64,000 nucleotides of DNA from a virus: positions 42,524-106,523 of IMG/VR virus record IMGVR_UViG_3300030117_005808. One strand, written 5' to 3'. The notes under the pieces were generated by a model, which ran no database searches, had not been told where the DNA came from, and worked only from the letters and a program-made list of their open reading frames with translations. Positions 28,712 to 38,751 of the stretch are shown here, in pieces. Within the stretch, counting starts at the first letter, position 1; the number at the start of each line of letters is the position of its first letter. The position numbers and the translations under genes were made by a program.

Positions 28712-31700
28712 TTGAAGATAGCACATATCGCGGATACACACATCCGCAACTATAAGTATCATAGAGAGTATCGTGAGATATTCGATCTTATCTATGATAG
28801 ACTGAAAACAGAGAAAGTTGACTACATTGTTCACTGCGGAGATCTCGCACACACAAAGACACAACTTTCTCCTGAATACTTTGACTTGGCGACATCGTTC
28901 TTAAAGAACCTTGCCGACATTGCGCCGACCTACATCATTCTTGGCAACCACGACGGTAACCTAAAGAATGAACACAGGCAAGACGCAATCACGCCAATCG
29001 CAAACGCACTCCGACACCCGAATCTCAACCTGTTAAAGAACGCAGGCGAGACGATTGTCGAAGGCAACATAGCGTTTAACGTTCTTTCCGTCTTTGATGA
29101 AGAGAACTGGGTGAAGCCGACAAGCGACAAACGCATTAACATTGCGCTGTATCACGGCTCTGTGTCCGGTGTTACAACCGACACAGGCTGGGTAATGACG
29201 CACGGCGACCACCCTATCACAGTCTTTGAAGGGCACGACTATGTGTTCCTCGGGGACATCCACAAAACAAACCAAATCCTCGATGACGAGGGACGTGTAA
29301 GGTATCCGGGCTCCACTGTTCAGCAGAACTTTGGTGAGACGGATGACAAAGGCTTCCTGCTCTGGAACATCCAAAGCAAAGAAGACTTTACTTGTGAACA
29401 CGTTGTAATCCCAAACCCCAAGCCTTTTATAACAATAAACCTAACCCCCACTGGGCGTATGCCCAAAGGCTTGACCGTGAAGAAGGGTGCAAGATTACGA
29501 CTTGTGTCTAACAATAATCTATCTCTTGAAGCGATGCGAAAGGCAGTTGATGTCGCAAAGCAACGCTTCAAGCCCGATACTATTACATTCTTAAACCGCG
29601 CAGCAGGGGAGCGTGGTAATGTTGAAGAAATCACGGACAGTATTCAACAAGACGATATGCGTAATCCACAGATCCAAGAGGAACTTATCCGCGAGTATCT
29701 AGTAGATTACCAAGCCAGCGAAGAACTGATGAAAAAGGTTCTGGACCTTAATACTCTCTACATTAAGAAGGCAGAAGAGTCCGAGGAGATCTCTAGAAAC
29801 ATCAAGTGGCGTATCAACGATCTACAGTGGGATAATCTGTTTAACTACGGTGAAGGCAATAGAATTGATTTTAATAAACTAAACGGAACAGTTGGTATCT
29901 TCGGTAAGAACTACTCCGGTAAATCCAGTGTGGTGGACAGCTTATTATATACTTTGTACAACACAACGTCTAAGAATGAGCGTAAGAATGTCAACATTAT
30001 TAATCAAAACAAGGACGAAGGCTCTGGCGAGGTTGTAATTACTATTGGCGATGAGCAGTATTACGTCCGTCGCGGCTCGTCAAAATACACAAAACGACTC
30101 AAGGGTGTGGAAACTCTTGAAGCCAAAACTGATCTTGACTTCTTCAAGGTCGGCCCAGACGGAGAAAAGGTAAGTTTAAATGGCCTCACAAGAAACGACA
30201 CAGACAAAAACATCAGAAAGGTATTCGGAACTCTTGATGACTTCCTTCTCACTAGTTTGTCTAGCCAGTTGGATAGTCTTTCCTTTATTAGGGAAGGTAG
30301 CACAAAACGGAAGGAAATCTTGGCAAAGTTTCTCGACTTGGAAATCTTCGAGAAAAAGTTCAGACTAGCGAAGGAAGATGCATCTGATATGCGAGGTGCT
30401 TTGAAGCGCCTTGAAGGACGCGACTATGATACAGAGATCGAAGAAGCAGAACAAGAGCACACTCAATGTGAAGAGGAGTTGGATGACCAAAAGGTTAAGT
30501 GCGCCGACTTAAGGCAAGAAGTTATTGATCTTAGAGACAACATTACAGAGATAGAAGGTAAGATTGCATCTATCCCTGCTGAGATGATTGATATTGCAAA
30601 AGTCAAAATAGATATTAGACAAAGGCGTCTGGACCTCACCTCGGCACAAAAAGATCTTGAACAAGACAAGAAAACACTCAAAGATAAAAAGAAACTTACC
30701 AAAGATATTGATAAGTTCTTGGCAGGTTATGACGTTACAGATCTTGGCGATAAAGAAAAGAGGTGCGATCAGCTAGGCTTTGAGATAATGGATTTGGACA
30801 GAGAAATGATCCAGATCGTGAAAAAAGCTGCATCTCTCGACGATCCCGGCTTCTTGCGTGGTTGCAAGTGTTTGCACGAAGCAGAAGAAGCTTTAGCACA
30901 GAAGCCAGACCTTGAACAAAAAATCGAAGAACTTTCTCAGGAACTTGAAGGGCTTGATGTTGAATCTGTCAAGAAAAGCCTTGAGCAGTATCGTTCGCTA
31001 GCAGATAAAAAGAACCAAACGACGAGAGATATCACAACCACAGAACTTGCTATTGCTCGTAACCAGAATACGATCAATCGTCTGGCCACAGAGTTGTCTA
31101 ATCTAAAAGACAAAGAAACATCTTATGAAGACAACCGTGAAGCTATTGAAAACTTGGAAGCACTCCTGACTGAGAAAGACGGCTTAGACGCAGATATATC
31201 TATTAAGGAAGGTAAGCTAGAGGCTTGCAAAGATAAAATTGTTGATTACCACAGAAGAGTTGGCTCGTTAGAGCAAAAAGTTATCAACATTAAGGATCAG
31301 AAGAACGACTATCTTGAGCTACGCGAACAGTTCGCAGCCTACGATCTTTACATGCGTTGTATGCACCCTAACGGTATCGCATACGATGTTATCAAGAAGA
31401 AGCTTCCAGTTATCAACCAAGAGATAGCAAAGGTTCTTACAAACCTAACAAACTTTGAAGTCCTTTTTGAAGAGGATGGAAATAAGCTTGATATCTTTAT
31501 CAAGCACCCGAAGCATGACCCTCGTCCACTCTCTATGGCTTCGGGAGCAGAGAAGACAATGGCCGCAATGGCTATCCGTCTTGCTTTCCTTGCAGTGTCA
31601 AACCTGCCTACAAGCGACATTATGGTGCTTGATGAACCGGGGACAGCATTGGATGAGGAGCACTTACAAGCATTTACCCAACTTTTGGACATGATTAAGG

Positions 31701-31810
31701 TGCATTTCAAGACAACACTTTTGATTTCCCATTTGGATTCTTTGAAAGATGTTGTTGATTTAACACTTGACATTTCCAAAAAAGAAGGTTATGCTTATAT
31801 AAACCAATAA
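28712..31810 (+). CDS. Mre11/SbcD nuclease - Rad50/SbcC ATPase fusion (T4 gp47+gp46-like)
   Basis: Phosphoesterase motifs HIADTH, GDL, GNHD, GDIH; Walker A GKNYSGKSS; coiled coil; signature ASGAE; Walker B VLDEP; LISH; TTG start. Confidence 0.88.
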   Translation: MKIAHIADTHIRNYKYHREYREIFDLIYDRLKTEKVDYIVHCGDLAHTKTQLSPEYFDLATSFLKNLADIAPTYIILGNHDGNLKNEHRQDAITPIANALRHPNLNLLKNAGETIVEGNIAFNVLSVFDEENWVKPTSDKRINIALYHGSVSGVTTDTGWVMTHGDHPITVFEGHDYVFLGDIHKTNQILDDEGRVRYPGSTVQQNFGETDDKGFLLWNIQSKEDFTCEHVVIPNPKPFITINLTPTGRMPKGLTVKKGARLRLVSNNNLSLEAMRKAVDVAKQRFKPDTITFLNRAAGERGNVEEITDSIQQDDMRNPQIQEELIREYLVDYQASEELMKKVLDLNTLYIKKAEESEEISRNIKWRINDLQWDNLFNYGEGNRIDFNKLNGTVGIFGKNYSGKSSVVDSLLYTLYNTTSKNERKNVNIINQNKDEGSGEVVITIGDEQYYVRRGSSKYTKRLKGVETLEAKTDLDFFKVGPDGEKVSLNGLTRNDTDKNIRKVFGTLDDFLLTSLSSQLDSLSFIREGSTKRKEILAKFLDLEIFEKKFRLAKEDASDMRGALKRLEGRDYDTEIEEAEQEHTQCEEELDDQKVKCADLRQEVIDLRDNITEIEGKIASIPAEMIDIAKVKIDIRQRRLDLTSAQKDLEQDKKTLKDKKKLTKDIDKFLAGYDVTDLGDKEKRCDQLGFEIMDLDREMIQIVKKAASLDDPGFLRGCKCLHEAEEALAQKPDLEQKIEELSQELEGLDVESVKKSLEQYRSLADKKNQTTRDITTTELAIARNQNTINRLATELSNLKDKETSYEDNREAIENLEALLTEKDGLDADISIKEGKLEACKDKIVDYHRRVGSLEQKVINIKDQKNDYLELREQFAAYDLYMRCMHPNGIAYDVIKKKLPVINQEIAKVLTNLTNFEVLFEEDGNKLDIFIKHPKHDPRPLSMASGAEKTMAAMAIRLAFLAVSNLPTSDIMVLDEPGTALDEEHLQAFTQLLDMIKVHFKTTLLISHLDSLKDVVDLTLDISKKEGYAYINQ

Positions 31811-31817
31811 CTATTTA
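31810..31817 (+). promoter_or_regulatory. Putative late promoter motif ACTATTTA
   Basis: 24 nt before ATG 31834, followed by GGAGG SD. Confidence 0.6.
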
Positions 31818-31833
31818 TTACATTGGAGGAAAT

Positions 31834-32025
31834 ATGAATATGATTAAGGGAGCAGTCGATAAGACTTTGGAAAAGGTTGTATCGCGCAAGCTACTTGTCT
31901 GGGCAACTGCAACCGGCCTTGCGGCTGGTGGCTTTTTGACTAGCGGAGACTGGGTTGTCATCTCTTCGTTATACCTCGGTGGCCAAGCTGTCATCGATGC
32001 CGTTGTTAAGCTTAAGAGCGTATAA
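31834..32025 (+). CDS. Putative holin (two TM helices)
   Basis: 63 aa; SRKLLVW followed by two hydrophobic segments; basic C-terminus; M-N-M start. Confidence 0.55.
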   Translation: MNMIKGAVDKTLEKVVSRKLLVWATATGLAAGGFLTSGDWVVISSLYLGGQAVIDAVVKLKSV

Positions 32026-32402
32026 TGCGAAGCCTTATGAGATTCATAAGCACCTACTGGAAGGAGATCGCTCTGGCGGGACTGCTATTTGCGGTCTCCT
32101 TCTTTTGGTGGCAAGACCACAAGGGTCTTGTTGATGCATACGACGCGTCCGTAGAAAGCTACGAGACAAGACTAAAAGAACTAAAAAAGAGCCACCAACG
32201 CGAGACTGAGCGTAAGGAAAAGGCTCTGGAAGATTACAAAGCAAAGCTGGAGGAACTAGAAATGGAATACACAGAGTACCAGCAAGCAGTAGCAGAGGCA
32301 AAAGAAGAACGAGTACGAGACTTCGTTACACTACGACAAAGCAATCCAGATCAACTGATCGTGGAGATTGAGGCAAAGTTTGGTTTTGAACACGTTGATT
32401 AA
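32025..32402 (+). CDS. Membrane-anchored coiled-coil protein, i-spanin (Rz)-like
   Basis: One N-terminal TM (IALAGLLFAVSFFWW) plus a long predicted coiled coil; follows the holin. Confidence 0.5.
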   Translation: MRSLMRFISTYWKEIALAGLLFAVSFFWWQDHKGLVDAYDASVESYETRLKELKKSHQRETERKEKALEDYKAKLEELEMEYTEYQQAVAEAKEERVRDFVTLRQSNPDQLIVEIEAKFGFEHVD

Positions 32403-32817
32403 AACATTGTTTTTATTTCTCTTGATGATCCCCGTAGCTTACGGTGGCGATGGTAAGTTTACCCTCGTTCCGCAAGGCGGGGTTGTCCCATTTGAAGCAA
32501 CCTGTTTTGACACCGAGGCTACAGCCAAACTATTAACTTGGAAAGAGTTTCTGGCAGAGGAAGCTAAGACTCAATGTGAGTTTGAGAAGCGAGCCTTAGT
32601 GCTAGACTCAGAGTTAGTCATTAAAAATATGCAGATTACACTTGATGAGACACAGGTTCGCTATCAGGTAGAGATTGATACGAGGGACGAAGAGATCGAA
32701 TCCCTTAGAGACATTATCAAGAAAAACAAAAAACTAAATATACCCGTAGTCGTTGCAACCAGCGTGGCCGTTGGTTTTGGAGTTGGCTTCGGCACTTATC
32801 ATTTTGCGAGCCGGTAA
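32368..32817 (+). CDS. Exported/membrane protein, possible spanin partner (start uncertain, TTG 32368 or 32386)
   Basis: N-terminal signal-like hydrophobic stretch, coiled coil, C-terminal TM. Confidence 0.45.
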   Translation: MRQSLVLNTLIKTLFLFLLMIPVAYGGDGKFTLVPQGGVVPFEATCFDTEATAKLLTWKEFLAEEAKTQCEFEKRALVLDSELVIKNMQITLDETQVRYQVEIDTRDEEIESLRDIIKKNKKLNIPVVVATSVAVGFGVGFGTYHFASR

Positions 32818-33215
32818 TGAAAAAAGATTTAGATTTAAATGACATTGCTAAGTTTGAAAAAGCGATCGCAAAGAAATACGGTCCAGAGGCCATAGAGAAC
32901 CCAAGGAAACATTGGAACGATGAAAAGGAAAAGTCTTATCAAGACCAGATTAAAAAGCTTGCCGAAAAAGAGCTTGCATTCGAAGAAAAGGACGATAAAG
33001 TAGAACAAGACGGCTTTTTAATCTCTAAAAAACTACTTAATAAAGACGCAACTAGGAGATCTTGTCCAGTTTGTAAAACATATTCTTTTAAAATAAAAGA
33101 TGATGTTTACATGAATAAGTTTGAATGTTGTGAAAAATGTTATGTACAGTGGGTTGAAAACCGAGAGGAACGCTGGTTGTCAGGCTGGCGTCCCAAAAAG
33201 CAGGAGAAAAATTAA
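32817..33215 (+). CDS. Hypothetical protein with Cys cluster (CPVC...CCEKC)
   Basis: ORF with TAATG coupling on both sides; likely Zn-binding. Confidence 0.6.
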   Translation: MKKDLDLNDIAKFEKAIAKKYGPEAIENPRKHWNDEKEKSYQDQIKKLAEKELAFEEKDDKVEQDGFLISKKLLNKDATRRSCPVCKTYSFKIKDDVYMNKFECCEKCYVQWVENREERWLSGWRPKKQEKN

Positions 33216-33829
33216 TGGCTACAACAATGGAAATCGTTCAAGGTATCTCGCAAGTAATGGCAAACAGTTACGATGGAGCCCTTGACGAAAATGGTGAGCC
33301 TATCAAGGTTGGCCTCAAAAGAGAGGAGGGTCACCCAATTTTAGACTCTCGCGTCATGGACGGGTTTAAAATTTCTTTTCATGGCAACAAACTTTGTATC
33401 CACTATCATGCTGAAATTAAACTTAAAGATGTTTATGCGAATGGATTTGAGTCTGACTTGGAGCAAATGATTGAAGACATCGCTTCCTTTGTCAAGAAAG
33501 AATATAGAAAGGTTACTGGCAGTTCGTTAACTCTGACTAAAGATGGGGAAATGGATGCACTTGTGCAAAACACATCTAGAGTCCGCACTTTTGTCCAAGC
33601 CAAATGTTTCTATATCATTGGCGGATTAGATGATAGTACCGAGGGTATTAGCGATCCATCCGAAGATAAGCTTGAAGACAACTTCCGCAAGTTTTTAGAA
33701 CAGGACGCTGGCGATAAGAAGGCCAAAAATGACAAGCGCAAAGCACCTACCCCCGGCCAGCCCGTTTACGCAGGCAAGGGCAAAGTCCACGCTAGAAAGG
33801 ATGTAAATAGCACTTACAAGGCTGAGTAA
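33215..33829 (+). CDS. Hypothetical protein upstream of terminase
   Basis: SD AGGAG; coupled to terL; function not recognised. Confidence 0.55.
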   Translation: MATTMEIVQGISQVMANSYDGALDENGEPIKVGLKREEGHPILDSRVMDGFKISFHGNKLCIHYHAEIKLKDVYANGFESDLEQMIEDIASFVKKEYRKVTGSSLTLTKDGEMDALVQNTSRVRTFVQAKCFYIIGGLDDSTEGISDPSEDKLEDNFRKFLEQDAGDKKAKNDKRKAPTPGQPVYAGKGKVHARKDVNSTYKAE

Positions 33830-35415
33830 TGCCAGCGGGTCTATCCAAAAAAGAAACTGTCAAAGAGATAGTTAAGTGCGGTAAAGACCCGTCTTACTTT
33901 ATCAACAACTATGCTAGAATCTCGCATCCCCTGAAAGGTTTGATACCATTTAAGACGTATCCCTTTCAGGATGAGTTGCTTGTAGATTTTAACGACTACC
34001 GCTTTAATGTTATTCTTAAAGCTAGACAGTTGGGCATCTCAACTATCACAGCCGCATACATTGTGTGGCTTTTGCTATTTTATCGAGACAAGAATGTCTT
34101 GGTTATTGCAACTAAGTTCCAGACTGCTGCAAACTTGGTCAAGAAAGTCAAAAACATTATGCAGAATGTTCCCCCTTGGCTACGCATCGCAGACATTAAG
34201 ATTGATAACCGCACGTCGTTCGTCCTGACTAACGGCTCCGAAGTTAAGGCTGCTTCTACATCTGGTGATGCTGGTCGTTCGGAAGCTTTGTCCCTTCTCG
34301 TTATTGACGAGGCCGCACACGTTGATGGGTTAGAAGAGTTGTGGACCGGCTTGTATCCTACGCTATCTACTGGTGGTCGCTGCATTGCTCTATCTACACC
34401 AAACGGTGTTGGCAACTGGTTCCACAAAACCTATATTGAAGCCGAGCAAAATGTAAACGACTTTCATCCTACCAACTTACCGTGGAATGTTCACCCTGAC
34501 CGTGACGATGAGTGGTTTGAAAAAGAGACAAGAAATATGTCTCGTAGACAAATTGCCCAAGAGCTAGAGTGCAACTTCAACGCTTCGGGCGAAACTGTCA
34601 TACATCCGGAAGACTTAGAAAGACTAGTATTCGGCGCTACAGAGCCGATGTATAGAACCGGCTTCGATCGTAACTTGTGGCTTTGGGAGCAATACAACCC
34701 AGAGGCCACATACATGATGTCCGCAGACGTTGCCCGTGGAGATGGGGCAGATTTTTCTGTTTTCCACATAGTTAAATTAGAAACTATGGAGGTCATAGGT
34801 GAATATCGTGGCAAACCAAACCTTGAGGAATTTGCTTCTATTCTTGATTCCACAGGTAGAGAATTTGGCAATTGTCTGCTGGTGGTTGAGAATAACAGTC
34901 TAGGAATATCAATCCTAGAGAAGCTGCAAGACAGAGAATACCCCAATCTTTATCACTCGATAAAGGGTACTCATGAGTACATTGATCAGTTACGAGCAGA
35001 ATCAATCAACAATTCAGTTCCCGGTTTTACTACTTCATCCAAGACTCGTCCACTTATCGTGGCGAAAATGGAGGAATTCATACGAAATAAACTAATTACA
35101 ATATATTCTTCACGCATAGTAGACGAGTTTAAGACATTTATATGGAATAACAACAAGGCACAGGCTATGAGAAGTTATCACGATGACTTAGTTATGGCAT
35201 TGGCAATCGCTTGTTGGGTTAGAGACACAGCCTTAGAGGTTAGCAAGAAAGACATAGAGTACAGAAGGGCTATGATGGATTCAATGAGGCTCAACACAAG
35301 ACAAATCAAGACTACAATACCGGGAATGGAAGGGCACCAACAAGGCGTGTGGAGCGAAAAGGCTAAGAAAGAAATGCAACAACACAAAGATTTTATTTGG
35401 CTTATTAAGGGATAG
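33829..35415 (+). CDS. terL: Terminase large subunit (T4 gp17-like)
   Basis: YPFQ Q-motif, KARQLGIST Walker A, LLVIDEAA Walker B, STPNG, QELEC, ADVARGDGAD and HDDLVMA nuclease motifs. Confidence 0.95.
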   Translation: MPAGLSKKETVKEIVKCGKDPSYFINNYARISHPLKGLIPFKTYPFQDELLVDFNDYRFNVILKARQLGISTITAAYIVWLLLFYRDKNVLVIATKFQTAANLVKKVKNIMQNVPPWLRIADIKIDNRTSFVLTNGSEVKAASTSGDAGRSEALSLLVIDEAAHVDGLEELWTGLYPTLSTGGRCIALSTPNGVGNWFHKTYIEAEQNVNDFHPTNLPWNVHPDRDDEWFEKETRNMSRRQIAQELECNFNASGETVIHPEDLERLVFGATEPMYRTGFDRNLWLWEQYNPEATYMMSADVARGDGADFSVFHIVKLETMEVIGEYRGKPNLEEFASILDSTGREFGNCLLVVENNSLGISILEKLQDREYPNLYHSIKGTHEYIDQLRAESINNSVPGFTTSSKTRPLIVAKMEEFIRNKLITIYSSRIVDEFKTFIWNNNKAQAMRSYHDDLVMALAIACWVRDTALEVSKKDIEYRRAMMDSMRLNTRQIKTTIPGMEGHQQGVWSEKAKKEMQQHKDFIWLIKG

Positions 35416-35419
35416 ATAA

Positions 35420-37393
35420 ATGGCAGATCAAAATAGAAACCCAAGAAACCCAAGATCAGAATTGTTTAAGGCTCTGACTAGAGTTTTCTCTGGTCCACTA
35501 ACAACTAGAAGAACACAGACCGGCCGTAGACTGAGAAGGTATCAACTGGACAAATTCCAGAGTAGATTTACTTCTGCTAGTGGTCAGTCTTTTAAAACCG
35601 CTCGTTCATATAATGCATACAATATGCAACTGGGGATTATGAACCAACACAACCGCACCGAGAGGTATGTTGATTTTGACCAGATGGAGTACACTCCAGA
35701 GATAGCGTCAGCCCTTGATATTTATGCTGATGAGATGACCACGCATTCCTCGTTACAGCCAATGCTTAATATTAAATGTTCGAATGAAGAAATTAAAGCG
35801 GTCCTTGATTCCTTGTATCACAATATTTTAAATATCGATCACAATCTTTTCGGCTGGTGTCGCTCTATGTGCAAGTATGGGGATTTCTTCCTGTATCTTG
35901 ACATAGATGAGAAGTTCGGTATTAAGACCGGCATTGGACTGCCTTCTAGGGAGGTGGAGCGCCTCGAAGGTGAGGACGAGACAAATCCAAACTATGTCCA
36001 GTACCAGTGGAACACAGCGGGTATAACTTTGGAAAATTGGCAAATGGCCCACTTCCGAATCCTTGGGAACGACAAGTATGCACCATATGGAACGTCTGTT
36101 TTAGAACCTGCCCGTCGCATCTTTCGTCAACTAATTCTTTTGGAAGATGCTATGATGGCATACCGTATTGTTCGCTCTCCGGAGCGCCGAGTAATAAAAA
36201 TTGATGTTGGCCAGATCCCTCCTAATGAAGTAGAGCAGTATGTTCAAAAAGTCATCACATCAATGAAACGAAACTCTGTTGTTGACGAAAACACAGGCCG
36301 AGTTGATCTTCGATACAACCCTCTGTCTATTGAGGAAGATTATTACATCCCCGTTCGCGGAGAATCAAAAACAGAAATTACATCTTTACCCGGTGGAACA
36401 TTTACCGGTGACATCGACGACGTTAAATACCTCAGAGACAAACTATTCTCTGCTCTTAAAATTCCTGCTTCCTATCTAACAAATGCTGAAGGTGCTGAGG
36501 AGGATAAAACAACGCTTGCCCAGAAAGATATTCGTTTCGCCAGAACAATTCAGAGACTACAGAGAGTTGTGGTGTCTGAGCTAGAAAAAATTGGTATTAT
36601 CCATCTTTACACTTTAGGATTTAGAGACGAAGATTTGTTAAATTTTGAGCTTGCACTTAATAATCCGTCCAAAATCTCGGAATTACAAGAGCTAGAGCAC
36701 TGGGATAAAAAGTTTGCAGTCGCGGGCGCAGCCACAGAAGGCTTCTTCTCACGCCGTTGGGTCGCCGAGCATCTATTCTGTATGTCCCACGAAGAGTTTG
36801 AAAGAAACCAAAGAGAAATCTTCTACGATCGTAAGTTTGATGCTTCGCTTGCAGCCGTTGCAGAGGCGATGCAAGAAGAGGCAGCAGGAGCAGGCCTTGG
36901 TGATCTTGGAGGCGATGAAGGCCTTGGAGATCTTGGGGATCTTGGCGATGAGGACCTTGGTGGCGATCTCGAAGATCTCGGCGGTGATGAGCCCGCAGCA
37001 GAGGAGCCAGCAGAACCTGAGATTGGTGATGACCCACTCTTAGCCGCCCCCGGTCGAAGAGAAGATGATGGTTATACGACCCCCGGATCCAAAGGTAAGG
37101 TTTATTATCCTGTTAAGAAAGGACGCGACAACAGGGCAAAAGGTGCCATGAAGCGTCACCGTTCATCTGTAGCAGGTACAAATATGGATCCTCGCAAGAC
37201 TTTCCCCGGTAAGAGTGGTTATGGAGGCTTAGATTCCTTAGCCAAGGGGATGTTTGAATCGAAAGAAACTAATTATGATAATGGTTTTAGAACCGAGGAA
37301 GAAAAGATACATAATACTAACTTTGAAGTCAAAAGACTATTGGAAAGTTTAGGTAACTCAACGGAGATTAGCAATGAAACTAAGGCACAATAA
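35420..37393 (+). CDS. Portal protein (T4 gp20-like) with acidic C-terminal extension
   Basis: PEIASALDIYADE, LLEDAMMAYRIVRSPERRV, EEDYYIPVRG, ITSLPGG, DDVKYLRDKLFSALKIP. Confidence 0.95.
   Translation: MADQNRNPRNPRSELFKALTRVFSGPLTTRRTQTGRRLRRYQLDKFQSRFTSASGQSFKTARSYNAYNMQLGIMNQHNRTERYVDFDQMEYTPEIASALDIYADEMTTHSSLQPMLNIKCSNEEIKAVLDSLYHNILNIDHNLFGWCRSMCKYGDFFLYLDIDEKFGIKTGIGLPSREVERLEGEDETNPNYVQYQWNTAGITLENWQMAHFRILGNDKYAPYGTSVLEPARRIFRQLILLEDAMMAYRIVRSPERRVIKIDVGQIPPNEVEQYVQKVITSMKRNSVVDENTGRVDLRYNPLSIEEDYYIPVRGESKTEITSLPGGTFTGDIDDVKYLRDKLFSALKIPASYLTNAEGAEEDKTTLAQKDIRFARTIQRLQRVVVSELEKIGIIHLYTLGFRDEDLLNFELALNNPSKISELQELEHWDKKFAVAGAATEGFFSRRWVAEHLFCMSHEEFERNQREIFYDRKFDASLAAVAEAMQEEAAGAGLGDLGGDEGLGDLGDLGDEDLGGDLEDLGGDEPAAEEPAEPEIGDDPLLAAPGRREDDGYTTPGSKGKVYYPVKKGRDNRAKGAMKRHRSSVAGTNMDPRKTFPGKSGYGGLDSLAKGMFESKETNYDNGFRTEEEKIHNTNFEVKRLLESLGNSTEISNETKAQ
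36893..36990 (+). repeat. Imperfect coding repeat (GDLG/DLGGDE)n in the portal tail
   Basis: ggtgatcttggaggcgatgaaggccttggagatcttggggatcttggcgatgaggaccttggtggcgatctc encodes GLGDLGGDEGLGDLGDLGDEDLGGDLEDLGGDE. Confidence 0.6.
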
Positions 37394-38201
37394 GAAAAGA
37401 AATACTGCTTTCTTGTATGAGGCGCTTGTTAAAGAGTTGACGAAGGCCATCGTTAATAAAGATATAAAAAAGAAAAACGCTTTAGTTTCCACGCTGAAAG
37501 AAAATTTCTCTACTGGGCAAGTTCTTCAAAAAGAGTTGGAACTGATTAGAACTTTGTCCGAGACCAAGAGAGTAGATATGTTCACAGCAGAGCGGTTGTT
37601 ATCAGAATCGGTTTCTCGTTACTCCAAATTGGACGCAGACAAAATTTTTGAAGCACAGTCTAGACTTATAGAAAATATTAATAAAAACTTTGGTAAAGAA
37701 GTTTATAGCAATTTTGTACCAAACTACAAGCACCTCGCTACTATCTGGCAATTGTTTACACAAAATACTTCTGTAAAAGAAAAAGTTCTTTTAGAGAAAG
37801 CCTTAGTTTTTTCTATGACTACAAAAGGTAAAGAACCCGTTAAGGCAAAACAAATGCCCCATGTTGACAAGCTAGTGTTTAAAACTGTTATTGAAAATTT
37901 TAACAAGTCTTATGATGGTGAACTTTTAACAGAACAAAAACAATTATTAAATAACTATATTGTCTCGTTCGGCGCAAATGAAGTGGAATTCAAAGTATAC
38001 CTTAATGAAGAGCTTGGAAGGCTAAAAAACGAAATATCTTTACTTAAAGAAAAAGAAATAATGCTTGAAAATAAAGACCTTTTTAGCAAGTTAGGAGACG
38101 TTAGAGTAACGCTTGATAAATTTCAAACTGAAAAAATTAATCCCACAATGCTAGAAAAAATTATGCAGGTGCAAAAACTTGTGAAGGAATGTTCTGAATA
38201 A
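37374..38201 (+). CDS. Hypothetical head-module protein (helical)
   Basis: Overlaps the portal end; SD GGAG; KLRHNKKRNTAFLYE N-terminus. Confidence 0.6.
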   Translation: MKLRHNKKRNTAFLYEALVKELTKAIVNKDIKKKNALVSTLKENFSTGQVLQKELELIRTLSETKRVDMFTAERLLSESVSRYSKLDADKIFEAQSRLIENINKNFGKEVYSNFVPNYKHLATIWQLFTQNTSVKEKVLLEKALVFSMTTKGKEPVKAKQMPHVDKLVFKTVIENFNKSYDGELLTEQKQLLNNYIVSFGANEVEFKVYLNEELGRLKNEISLLKEKEIMLENKDLFSKLGDVRVTLDKFQTEKINPTMLEKIMQVQKLVKECSE

Positions 38202-38743
38202 TGGCTATCAAGATCACCGTTGGCTCCAAGCGACCACCAGAACCTAAAAAGCCGAACCCAATAGCAACGGTTGAACTTCAAATAAGAAGAACTGCTAATG
38301 GTGATTATTATATTTCTGATCATGCTGATATTGACATCATAATAATGGCAAACAAAGTTTTGGCCATTGCAAAAGATGTTATGTCAGAAATGGTATACGG
38401 TGCCCAAGACAGGCTATTCTCTTTTCTGGTAAAAAAGGGTCTTATCTCGGCCGAATCTATACAGGGTGGTTCCGTATATGGCTCTATGGAAGGTGCTTTA
38501 CTACCATCTGACGAAATAAACGTCATCAATTTGACCATACTTAATATTTCAAAGTACATAGACGAAGAGCGTCCATACTTTGAGTTTGTTGAAAAGTTTG
38601 ATGAAATGGAAACGGAGTACTTCACAGAGCCTGACGAAGAAGATTCAACTGAGCTTGGAGAAGTCCCACAAGAAGTTGAAAAGGGTACCTTGCGACCCGG
38701 TTACAGCTACGGCCCGTATTGGCAATCTTATACCTATGAGTAG
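38201..38743 (+). CDS. Hypothetical head-module protein
   Basis: TAATG coupled; acidic C-terminus. Confidence 0.55.
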   Translation: MAIKITVGSKRPPEPKKPNPIATVELQIRRTANGDYYISDHADIDIIIMANKVLAIAKDVMSEMVYGAQDRLFSFLVKKGLISAESIQGGSVYGSMEGALLPSDEINVINLTILNISKYIDEERPYFEFVEKFDEMETEYFTEPDEEDSTELGEVPQEVEKGTLRPGYSYGPYWQSYTYE

Positions 38744-38751
38744 AGGTTAAA

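Noticed and set aside
32817-33829. Small terminase call for the genes upstream of terL
   Set aside because: Position is suggestive but no gp16-like or HTH motif was recognised
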